Made by a program: the position numbers and the translations under genes | The notes under the pieces: model-generated | The model's database searches: none | What the model was told of the DNA's origin: nothing | The model's input: the letters and a program-made list of their open reading frames with translations, nothing else | Shown: positions 18,166-26,246 of the stretch, one piece after another | How the letters are laid out: each line of letters begins with the position of its first letter | How positions within the stretch are numbered: position 1 is the stretch's first letter | Assembly: GCA_965226655.1 (NCBI GenBank) | Contig: CBDDDO010000007.1 | Span: 98,532 to 162,531, forward strand | Direction: 5' to 3' | DNA from: Granulicella sp. | GTDB lineage: Bacteria > Acidobacteriota > Terriglobia > Terriglobales > Acidobacteriaceae | DNA length: 64,000 bases

Positions 18166-19352
18166 TGGGCGCTCCTTTCCGCGGCGGTGCGGTGGCGCTT
18201 CAAGCGGGCGTGGAGGGCCAGCTGCATGCGGTCGGAGGCGTGGGGGCGCTGGATCTTTGCGAGAAGTTCGAGAGAGGGAAGGTGATCTCCCACTAAATAA
18301 AGGGTTTGGCGACAGAGACGCTCGGCTTCGCGCTCCTCGGCGCGGAGATAGGCTTCGAGGGCGTCGCGGTAGAGGGCGGTGACGTCGGCGAGTTGTTCGG
18401 CCGTTTTTGTGGTGTTTTTTGGGTGCGTTTTTATGGAGGTTTGTGGCGACTTTGTGGTGATTTGTGGAGTCCGATTTTTGGGTTTTTGCACACTGTGAGG
18501 TGCAGTTTCGCGAAGGCGGAGGGCGAAGGAGTTGACGGGCTCTTCGAGGCGGAAAAACTCGTCGAGGTCTCGACCCCAGTCGGCGGCACCGAGGACGAGA
18601 CGGCCTCCGGGGGCGAGGGCGGCCGCGAGGGTTTCGGCCATCCGGCGACGGGCTTCGGGGGTTTGGTAGATCATCAGGTTGCGCGAGCAGATGAGATCGT
18701 AGGCCTGCGGCTCGAGAGCGTTGGGGTCGAGCAGGTTGGCCTGGCGGAATTGAATGTGGGAGCGGAGGTGCTGCTTGACGCGCCATCCTTTGGGAGCTCG
18801 TTCGAGGAAGCCGGCGTTTTCGGGTTGGGGGATGTTGCGGAGCGAGAGGCCGGTGTAGATGGCGGTCTGGGCTTGTTCGATGGCAGAGGCGGAAAGATCA
18901 AGCGCGTCGATGCTGAAGCTAGCGAGGGGGATGCCGGCTTGTTCGAGCATGGCGGCGATGCTGTAGGGCTCTTCGCCGGTAGAGCAGGGGGCGCTGAGGA
19001 TGCGCATGGGGCGGGTGTTGATGGCGAACCAGGCGGCGGTCCAACGAGCTAGTTCGGCGAAGACGGTGGTATCGCGGAAGAAGCTGGTTTCGTTGTTGAG
19101 GATGCCTTCGAGGAAGATCGATTGCTCTTCGGGGGATAGGCGGTAGAGGTCTAGGTAGGTTTCAGAGTTGTGGAGGTGGGTGGCTTCCATGCGCCGTTTG
19201 AGAGTTTGTTTGAGGTTGCGGCGGTCGAGCATGGAGGGCTGCATGCCGGCGGTTGCGGCAGCGGTTGCGGCGAGTTCGTCGAGGACGGAGTGCGCGGGTT
19301 CGTGCGCTGCTTTGTTGGCAGTGTGCGGTTTGGCGCTAGTTTTTGCCGACAC
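18162..19352 (-). CDS. cheR: CheR-type MCP methyltransferase with a C-terminal helical (TPR-like) extension, WspC-like
   Basis: 396 aa. NETSFFRD, RILSAPCSTGEEPYSIA, DLICSRNLMIYQ, followed by a ~100-aa extra C-terminal region. Confidence 0.9.
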   Translation of the reverse strand: MSAKTSAKPHTANKAAHEPAHSVLDELAATAAATAGMQPSMLDRRNLKQTLKRRMEATHLHNSETYLDLYRLSPEEQSIFLEGILNNETSFFRDTTVFAELARWTAAWFAINTRPMRILSAPCSTGEEPYSIAAMLEQAGIPLASFSIDALDLSASAIEQAQTAIYTGLSLRNIPQPENAGFLERAPKGWRVKQHLRSHIQFRQANLLDPNALEPQAYDLICSRNLMIYQTPEARRRMAETLAAALAPGGRLVLGAADWGRDLDEFFRLEEPVNSFALRLRETAPHSVQKPKNRTPQITTKSPQTSIKTHPKNTTKTAEQLADVTALYRDALEAYLRAEEREAERLCRQTLYLVGDHLPSLELLAKIQRPHASDRMQLALHARLKRHRTAAERSAQ

Positions 19353-19747
19353 TAGGCGAGCCCCGTGAGAATGGAGGAGAGGACGTCGCAGGGGTTGAAG
19401 TATTCGGCGAATTTTGAGTTCTCTTCACTGGCCATGGCGAAGACTTTGCTGGCGAGTGCGCCAACGGTGCGGGTTTTGCCGCGAGAGGTGCAATCGAGGA
19501 GAAGAATGCGTGAGCCGAGGAGGCGTTCGGTGGGTGTGCCGTGGACGAGCTCGTTGAGGTCGATGACAGGGACCTGTTCGCCGCGGAGGTTGAGCCAGCC
19601 GAGGACGCCGCGTTCTTCGGACGGTTGGAGATCGGGCCAGGCTACGACGCCTTTGAGGCGGAGGAGCTCTACGCGGTAGAAGTCTTCGCCGAGGGCGAAG
19701 AGGAGGCTGCGGTGCTTCGGGGTTCGCGAAGGTGTGGCTTGGGTCAT
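19352..19747 (-). CDS. cheW: CheW coupling protein (WspB-like position)
   Basis: 131 aa, CheW-like fold pattern (FALGEDFYRVELLRLKGV...GWLNLRGEQVPVIDL). Its stop overlaps the cheR start. Confidence 0.85.
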   Translation of the reverse strand: MTQATPSRTPKHRSLLFALGEDFYRVELLRLKGVVAWPDLQPSEERGVLGWLNLRGEQVPVIDLNELVHGTPTERLLGSRILLLDCTSRGKTRTVGALASKVFAMASEENSKFAEYFNPCDVLSSILTGLA

Positions 19748-19791
19748 CGCACTCTCGCAGAGGGGGTTACTTGGCTAGCTGGAGTTGTTGC

Positions 19792-19892
19792 TTCCCCACC
19801 CATGCGCCAAGTGCTGCGCATGAATGGGCCACACGGAGGGGGTGCTGGGGCGAGAGGAACAGCAGATCCTTCGCTGCGCTCAGGATGACAAT
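19792..19892 (+). repeat. Composite intergenic repeat: hairpin element A plus element B
   Basis: A: CCCCACCCATGCGCCAAGTGCTGCGCATGAATGGGCCAC. B: CAGCAGATCCTTCGCTGCGCTCAGGATGACA. Located between cheW and the MCP gene. Confidence 0.85.
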
Positions 19893-19928
19893 CCTGAAGG
19901 TGGTGGGAGGAAAAGGAGACCTTTGCGG

Positions 19929-21926
19929 TCATGCGTTCGAGCCTCCGGGGTTGAGCTGTTCGGCTTCCTCCTGGAAGATGCGTTTCTTGAGGATGCCGAC
20001 GGCTTTGTGGAGTTCGAGGGAGACCTGGTTGAGTTCGCCGACGGCTTCCGAGGTTTGGCTGGCGGACTCGGTGAGCTGCCACATGGCGTCGGAGATCTGG
20101 GTGGCGCCGACGGACTGGTTCTGCATGCCCATATGGACCATCTCGTAGCGCGGAGTCATGGCCTCTACGCGGGAGATGATCTCGGTGAACTGCTGGCGGA
20201 TGTGATCGGAGACTGCGACGGCCTGCTCGACCGCGAGAGAGAGTGCCTGGACTTCGCCGACGCCGGAGGTCACGGCGTCGTGCATCTCGTGGACGGTTTG
20301 TTCGATTTCCTGCGAGGAGTTGGCCGACTGGTCGGCGAGGCGGCGGATTTCGCGGGCGACGACGGCGAAGCCTGCCCCGGCGTCTCCGGCGCGTTCGGCT
20401 TCGATGGCGGCGTTGAGGGAGAGCAGGTTGGTTTGATCGGCGACCTTGGTGACGGCCAGCGTGACGGCGTTGATCTTTGAGGCCTGGGTGCGAATTTCGT
20501 TGAGCGAGTCAGCGATGGTGGAGGTGGCCTTGGAGAGGGCTTCAATGGACTGGCCGAGGCCGCGGAGGCTGGCGGTGCCGTCCTGTGCGACGGTGCTGGC
20601 GCGGTTGGCTTCCTGGGAGAGCTCTTCCATGGCGCGGAGGAGTTCCTGCGAGGTGGAAGAGATTTCTTTGACGGCCGTGGCGATCTCGGTGCTGGAGACG
20701 TTGAAGCTGGTGGCGTGCGACAGTTGCTGGTTGGCGCTGGAGGCGACTTGTGTGCCGTTGGAGGTGAGCTGGATGGTGATTTCGAGCAGCGGGTCGACGA
20801 TCTGCTTGCTGAGGACAGTGGCGACGAGGGCGACGACGAGCAGGACGATGAGCGCGCCGATGATGGAGCGGATCATGAGGTCGTCGAACTCGTTGCGGAC
20901 CGCCGAGCTTGCGCCGGCGAGGTCGCGGGAGTCGGCGATGGTGACGAAGATCCAATCGAAGCGTTGGAGGTAGGAGTAGCGAACGATGGCGTCGGCTTTA
21001 TCGGCGGGGGAGTAGATGTTGATGGCGCGCTGCTCGTTGTCCTTCATGGTGAGACCGGCGTCGAGGACCTGCGGGAGCCAGGTGGACTCGGTGGCGGCGG
21101 CGATGCTGGTGGGTGGGGGAGAGATCATTTTGCCGCGTTCGGGACCGTGGGCGTAGAGAAGGATGACCGAACCGTGCGCGCCGATGGAGTTGGCCACGAG
21201 TTCGTCGCGGAAGGTTGCCATTTCGTCGATGGGGATGCCGAGGTAGAGGGCACCGATGATCTTGTTGGCGTGATCGCGGAGGGGGACGTAGTGGCCCATG
21301 TACCAAAGGTCACCGACGAGGGTGCGGCCGGTGAACTCTTCGCCACGCAGGAGGGCTTCGGCGGGATCGACGAGGGAGCTGTTGGTTTTGTTGAGGAAGG
21401 AGCCGAGGGGAACCTTGGGCGAGCTGGAGGAGATGCGGACGAAGTCGCCGGTATCGTTGACGCGCTCGAAGAGGGTGGTGACGACGCCGGTATCGTGGTT
21501 GATTTCCTGGATGCGGTCGGAGCGTCCCATGGTGACGGTTTCGCCGTCGAGTCGGAAGGACTGCATGTTGACGAGGCCGCCGAGGTGGCTGTTGTCGGGG
21601 ATGAGGGCGTGGGGAACGGGTGGGCCGATGAGGTCGTAGCCGCCCTTGTTGGCGGTGTCCAGGGCGGCGATCTTGGTGTTGAGGCGCAGCTCGGTGTCGA
21701 CGAAGTCGGCGGCGACGACGGAAGACTTGTAGCCGTGATCGAGTGACTTGACGGTGCGTTCGACCATGAAGTCGGTGACGTTGGTGCGGACCATTTTGCT
21801 GGCTTCATGGGAGCTGGTGGCGACCAGAATACCGAAGATGGCGCAGGCGGCCAGCGCCGGAAGCAGCGCGAGAAGGACGATCTTCTTGCGCAGGGAGATA
21901 TCTTTCAGCGAAAACTTTTCGAACAT
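19929..21926 (-). CDS. Methyl-accepting chemotaxis protein with a periplasmic Cache-like sensor, HAMP and MA domains
   Basis: 665 aa. Two TM helices flank a ~300-aa periplasmic domain. The signalling hairpin reads [43 protein letters not shown]. Confidence 0.92.
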   Translation of the reverse strand: MFEKFSLKDISLRKKIVLLALLPALAACAIFGILVATSSHEASKMVRTNVTDFMVERTVKSLDHGYKSSVVAADFVDTELRLNTKIAALDTANKGGYDLIGPPVPHALIPDNSHLGGLVNMQSFRLDGETVTMGRSDRIQEINHDTGVVTTLFERVNDTGDFVRISSSSPKVPLGSFLNKTNSSLVDPAEALLRGEEFTGRTLVGDLWYMGHYVPLRDHANKIIGALYLGIPIDEMATFRDELVANSIGAHGSVILLYAHGPERGKMISPPPTSIAAATESTWLPQVLDAGLTMKDNEQRAINIYSPADKADAIVRYSYLQRFDWIFVTIADSRDLAGASSAVRNEFDDLMIRSIIGALIVLLVVALVATVLSKQIVDPLLEITIQLTSNGTQVASSANQQLSHATSFNVSSTEIATAVKEISSTSQELLRAMEELSQEANRASTVAQDGTASLRGLGQSIEALSKATSTIADSLNEIRTQASKINAVTLAVTKVADQTNLLSLNAAIEAERAGDAGAGFAVVAREIRRLADQSANSSQEIEQTVHEMHDAVTSGVGEVQALSLAVEQAVAVSDHIRQQFTEIISRVEAMTPRYEMVHMGMQNQSVGATQISDAMWQLTESASQTSEAVGELNQVSLELHKAVGILKKRIFQEEAEQLNPGGSNA

Positions 21927-22012
21927 GGGTCTCTCGCAGTCGGTGTTTCTCCTGTATCCGTTTAGCGGGGACAGGGGTGGTGCGGGGTCTGTGGGGCGAC
22001 ACGAGAATCTTA

Positions 22013-22052
22013 TAGGAGAAACAGGGAGTAGGGAGTAGGGAATAGGGAGTAG
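22013..22052 (+). repeat. G-tract/TAG-rich repeat (CAGGGAATAGGGA family)
   Basis: ACAGGGAGTAGGGAGTAGGGAATAGGGAGTAG. Four GGG runs separated by 4-nt loops (22024-22047). Confidence 0.85.
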
Positions 22053-22187
22053 TCGAGGAACATACTTTGGCGGCTAAAGCTGGGCTTGTGGTGGGGTCTA
22101 TGAGAGCAAGGCTAAGCCCTGGGGTGCATGGGTTTGTGGTGGTGTGGGTTTTGGTGTCTTACGCTCCGTTAAAGGCAAAGGAACAGC

Positions 22188-22250
22188 AACAGCAGATCCC
22201 CTGCGAGGATGACAGAAAGAAAGGCAAGTGCAAAGGCAATGATGGCAGCG
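22188..22250 (+). repeat. Element B variant with a Lys/Gly-codon-like tail
   Basis: CAACAGCAGATCCCCTGCGAGGATGACAGAAAGAAAGGCAAGTGCAAAGGCAATGATGG. Near-identical 5' part to the copies at 29941 and 39099. Confidence 0.8.
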
Positions 22251-22356
22251 CGCAAGTTTTGTCGCACCCGAAATACGGAGATCCTTCCCCTTCGGCAGGA
22301 GCAGGGGAGGGTTTTGGAGAATCTGTCGTCGGATGGTGAGCTCTTAGGCGGACTAG

Positions 22357-22593
22357 CTAGGAAGCCTTTTTCGTGCGGTCGGCAATATCCTTAAGACTGC
22401 GGAGCGCGAGATTTACAGCCTCAGAATTGGGGAAAGTCTCCATCAAGTCGGGGGCGATCAGGACGATGTTGGAGCCTTCCTGCATGCGCTCGAAGTACTT
22501 GCCGCGAACGGCCTTGCTCAAGTCCAACGTGCGTGGCTCGAGTGGGTCCGCTTCGAAGGTATCCGGTTCAAGAGCTGCGTTTGAGTTCTTCAT
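22357..22593 (-). CDS. Putative antitoxin partner of BrnT
   Basis: I take MKNSNAALEPD... as the start; this overlaps the BrnT 3' end. GKYFERMQEGSNIVLIAPDLMETFPNSEAVNLALRSL resembles small antitoxins found after DUF497 toxins (from memory). Confidence 0.6.
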   Translation of the reverse strand: MKNSNAALEPDTFEADPLEPRTLDLSKAVRGKYFERMQEGSNIVLIAPDLMETFPNSEAVNLALRSLKDIADRTKKAS

Positions 22594-22867
22594 AGGCTTC
22601 TCTTTCGGTTCTATCGGCCAGACGGGCACCGATCATCCGTATGCGGTTATCCACCTCAAGATGCGAAGTAAAGAGGAGCCGCTGTCGTGATGATAATCCA
22701 ATCGTGATGGAACGGCATTCCTCTTCGGAGTGGAGTTCATCGGGAAACGTTTGGGCCAATGGATCGTCGAAGACGGTCATCGCTTCCGCAAAGGAGACAC
22801 CGTGCTTCTTAAGATTTGGAAGCCGCTTTGCGTGGATCGAATTCGAAGGCGAGTGGCATGGCGGCAA
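22568..22867 (-). CDS. BrnT-family (DUF497) toxin; the N-terminus appears frameshifted
   Basis: NLKKHGVSFAEAMTVFDDPL...RIRMIGAR is the DUF497 core. The canonical N-terminus MPLAFEFDPRKAAS is encoded from ATG 22860 in another frame (see findings). Confidence 0.7.
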   Translation of the reverse strand: MPPCHSPSNSIHAKRLPNLKKHGVSFAEAMTVFDDPLAQTFPDELHSEEECRSITIGLSSRQRLLFTSHLEVDNRIRMIGARLADRTEREAYEELKRSS

Positions 22868-22877
22868 CTTTGTCGGT

Positions 22878-23480
22878 TTAGTGGGCGGCGAGGTTTTGGG
22901 CGATCATGATGGCGCCGAAGAAGAAGATCGAAGTGGCCAGGAGGTACATTGCTGCGTGGAGGCGGTCGCTCTTGAGTTGGCGGATGTAGGCGAGGACCAC
23001 GGAGGTTTCGGCGAGGCTGTCGAGCAGGGCCATGTCGTGGGCTGCATGGAAGGCCTCCACGTGGGAGTTCTTGTCTTCCGAGAGGATGTTGTTGGTCGGG
23101 TTGCGGATGGTGTGGCGGATCCAGTGATGGCCCTTGTTGTGGCCAATGAAGAACTTGGGGCTGGCCGGTTTGCCGGTGGTGCCGTGCGGGATGATCGTGG
23201 GAAAGATGACGCGCATGCAGACCAGCAGCGAGCAGGCGACGATGATGACGAAGACCGGGAAGAGGACGTGGCGGAGGAACGCGCCTTCGAGGTGATGCTC
23301 CAGCGAGACTGCGACCATGCCGGAAAGCAGCGTGACGCAGAAGGCGGCCTTGGTGTCGAGGAAGCGGATGGTTTCCTGCGTGTCTTCGATAGCCCAGTGG
23401 AGGAAGTGGATGCGGTTGTAGAGGTCGGTGCCCATGCGCAGTTCTTCTTCAAGGCGGGCGAGATGGTCATGGGTGGACAT
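22878..23480 (-). CDS. 3-TM membrane protein resembling DUF5706 / Pycsar-effector-family proteins
   Basis: 200 aa starting at MSTHDHLARLEEEL (ATG 23480-23478). FLDTKAAFCVTLLSGMVAVSL (TM1), VLFPVFVIIVACSLLVCMRVIF (TM2), FFIGH, ...IRQLKSDRL then LLATSIFFFGAIMIA (TM3). The family assignment is from memory, not a search. Confidence 0.6.
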   Translation of the reverse strand: MSTHDHLARLEEELRMGTDLYNRIHFLHWAIEDTQETIRFLDTKAAFCVTLLSGMVAVSLEHHLEGAFLRHVLFPVFVIIVACSLLVCMRVIFPTIIPHGTTGKPASPKFFIGHNKGHHWIRHTIRNPTNNILSEDKNSHVEAFHAAHDMALLDSLAETSVVLAYIRQLKSDRLHAAMYLLATSIFFFGAIMIAQNLAAH

Positions 23481-23548
23481 GGGGAGAGTGTAGCAAAGGA
23501 AGGAATAGGAAGTAGTAGAGGGTAAGGAGTGAGGAGTAGAGGGTTGGG

Positions 23549-24416
23549 TTAGATGGTAAGGGTGGTGCCTTCGGTGGCGGTGAGGGTGTTGGGGAAGTGT
23601 TGGCGGGCCTGGGTGAGGATGGCTTGGAGGGTGGGCGTCGTCGTGGTGGGGGTCGTGGTGGAAGAGGACTAGCTGTTTGACGTTGGCGCGGTTGGCGAGG
23701 CGGGTGGCTTCGAGCCAGGTGCTGTGGCCCCAGCCGATGCGGTGAGGGTAGAGCTCGGGAGTGTATTGGGCGTCGTAGATGAGAATATCGGCGTTGGTAG
23801 AGGCCCGGATCAGGCGGGCGTCGGCTTCGGGGTTGCCGTGTTCGTGGTCAGTGGCGTAGACGATGGTGGAGGAGCCGCGGGAGATGCGGTAGCCGGTGGC
23901 TCCGCCGGGGTGGTGGAGAGCGAAGGGTTCGATGGTGAGGTCGTGGATGTGGGCTGGGTTGTGTTCGAGATGCTCGAAGTGCTGGGTGGAGGCGAGGTGG
24001 TCGAACTCTACGGGGAAGTAGGGTGCGGCCATTTGGGCCTGGAGGATGCGGCGGAGTTCATGGCGGCCGTGGGAGGAGTAGAACGTCAGCGTGTTATGCG
24101 GGGAGAAGAGTGGGCCGAAGCCGGGCAGGCCCTGGATGTGGTCCCAATGGAAGTGGGTGAGGAAGAGGTGGATGTTGTGGGGGGTGTCGTGTGCCAGGGT
24201 GCGGCCGAGGGAGTGGATGCCGGTGCCGGCGTCGAAGATGAAGGTGGCTTCGGGTTGTTGGGGGTGTTGGGAGTTGGGGATGAGTATCTGGATGCAGGAG
24301 GTGTTGCCGCCGTGGCCGAGGTTGGCGGCGAGGGGGGTGGGGATGGAGCCTCGGGTGCCCCAGAAGCGGAGTTGGAGTTCCGTGTCAGGGAGGGCGGGTT
24401 GTTGCTCGGCGGGCAT
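23549..24416 (-). pseudogene. MBL-fold metallo-hydrolase (RFWGxRGS... HxHxDH type) with a 1-nt frameshift near the 3' end
   Basis: From ATG 24416: LRFWGTRGSIPTP, GGNTSC, LTHFHWDHIQGLP, ATDHEHG, LVLFHHDPHHDDA. The expected C-terminus LQAILTQARQHFPNTLTATEGTTLTI-stop (TAA 23551-23549) is in the adjacent frame. Confidence 0.75.
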
Positions 24417-24646
24417 TTGGTTGATTGTCTGACGAATGGTACGCCTTGGCGAAGTACCTTCAAGCGTACCTCTGCGGGTGGGGTGTATGGCGGGGCTTCG
24501 ATTTTGCTCAGGGTCGGAACAGAAAGGCAAAAGCTTGACGCAAAGTTCGCGAAGGAAAGAACAAGTTTCGCAAAGTGTATGGTTGAAGATTTAGATGCAA
24601 CGGAAACTCCGATCTCCAAGCGCAAGAGATCGGGGGCTTCGGCTTT

Positions 24647-26179
24647 TTAGGCGTAGTCTTCGGCGATAGGTGGAGCGTCGGTTGCCCTGGTCAGCTTTGG
24701 CGGCGCGGAGGATCAGGGTGAGGGCGGCGCTGATGGTTAGGTTGAGCAGAAGGGCGGGGACGGCGGCGTACATGGCGTAGGGTCGAGCCGAAGAGGTGTA
24801 GTGGGTAGACGGAGGATTTGAGTTGGAGCTCGGCGGCCATCGCTGTGCCCCAGTACATGCCGGCGGCCCATCCGCAGAGGAGGGCCCAGGGGTTGAACCA
24901 GCGGGTGAAGGCACCGATGACAACCGAAGGGAAGAGCTGGGCCATCCAGATGCCGCCGAGGAGCTGCATCTGGATGGCGTAAGTGGTTTTGATGGTGAGG
25001 ATGAAGGCCAGGGCGCCGAACTTGATGATGAGCGAGGTGAGCTTGGCGGCGGTGGATTCGGCGTTGGCGGACATCGGGGTGCGGCGGCACTCGCCGAGGA
25101 TGTTGCGGGTGAAGAGGTTGGCGGCGGCGATGGACATGATTGGCCGCGGGGACGAGGGCGCCGACGGCGATGGCAGCAAAGCAGAAGCCGGCGAACCACT
25201 CGGGGAACTCCTTGAGGAAGAGAGCGGGGATGGCGGCCTGGGGATCTTTGGTGGAGATGCCGGCGGCGATGGCGATGTAGCCGAGGAGGGCGATGAGTCC
25301 GAGGAGGAAGCTGTAGGCGGGGGACGAGAGCGGCGTTGCGACGGACTTACGTTTTCTCCCTTGGCACTGAGGATGGCTGTGGCTGTATGCGGGTAGAGCA
25401 TGAGGGCGATGGCGGAGCCGATGGCCATGGTGGAGAACGGGAGGAAATTGTTTGTGGTTGAGGAAGATGGAGGCGGGGCCGGGCTTGTGGGCGGGGTCGG
25501 AGAGGACCTGGTTGGCGACTGCAAAGATGTGGCCGTATCCGCCGAGCTTGATGGGAAGGATGACGACAGCGGCAATGACCATGATGTAGAGCATGACGTC
25601 TTTGACGATGGCGATGACGGCGGGGGCGCGCAGGCCGCTGGAGTAGGTGTAGGTCGCGAGGATGATGAAGGCGATGATGAGGGCGGCTTCGGAGTGGTTC
25701 TCAAGGCCCATGGCGACGAAGACTACTCTCATGCCGACGAGTTGCAGCGCGATATAGGGCATTAGGGCGAGGATGCCGGTGAGGGCGATCGCTCCGGCAA
25801 GCCAGCGGTTGCCGTAGCGGCCGCGGACGAAGTCGGCGAAGGTGACGTAGCCGTGGGCGTTGGAGACGCGCCAGAGGCGGGGCATGACGACCATCATGTA
25901 GGGGTAGGCGATGACGGCGTAGGGGACAGCGAAAAAGCCGATGGCGCCTCCGCCATAGAGGGCCGCGGGGACGGCGATGACGGTGTAGGCGGTGTAGAGG
26001 TCGCCGCCCATGAGGAACCAGGTGATCCATGTGCCGAAGCTGCGTCCGGCGAGCCCCCACTCTTCAAGGGTGTGCAGGCCTGCGTCGGGACGGCGCCAAC
26101 GGGCGGCCCAGAAGCCGGCGACGGTGACGAGGAGAAAGAAGAACGTGAAGACGATGAGAGCGGTCTTGTGCAGGGTCAT
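24647..26179 (-). pseudogene. Solute:sodium symporter (SSS) family transporter disrupted by at least 5 frameshifts
   Basis: Good SSS-like sequence alternates between the three minus-strand frames (track ORFs 24737-26179, 24691-25704, 24591-25199). The predicted true C-terminus DAPPIAEDYA-stop ends at 24647 in a further frame. Confidence 0.8.
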
Positions 26180-26246
26180 GGGATTTGGGCAGTCGAAAAC
26201 ATGCTAGCAGCATGTGGCGGCTGTTCCCTAGTCCCGGGCACGAGGG

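Noticed and set aside
18166-18786. 5' extension of the CheW-like ORF to 406 aa
   Set aside because: The extra 207 residues are Pro/Arg-rich and overlap cheR in another frame. An ATG at 18165 forming ATGA with the cheR stop gives a normal-size CheW.
20715-21746. 343-aa Gly/Asp/Val/Glu-rich plus-strand ORF (and similar ORFs at 35518-36558, 37431-38015 and 23724-24650)
   Set aside because: They are antisense shadows of the MCP, S9 peptidase, GNAT and MBL genes. Low-complexity GC-codon translations.
22878-24530. Treating the 550-aa ORF as one genuine fusion protein starting at 24530
   Set aside because: The natural MBL C-terminus is readable in the adjacent frame. The linker is a translated intergenic repeat, and the downstream part has its own ATG. 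Two genes joined by a 1-nt indel is the simpler reading. The 5' 38 codons upstream of ATG 24416 have no support.
24591-25704. Overlapping 202-aa and 337-aa minus-strand ORFs as separate Pro/Ser-rich proteins
   Set aside because: Their only protein-like segments are consecutive pieces of one SSS transporter. The Pro/Ser/Arg-rich parts are out-of-frame translation.
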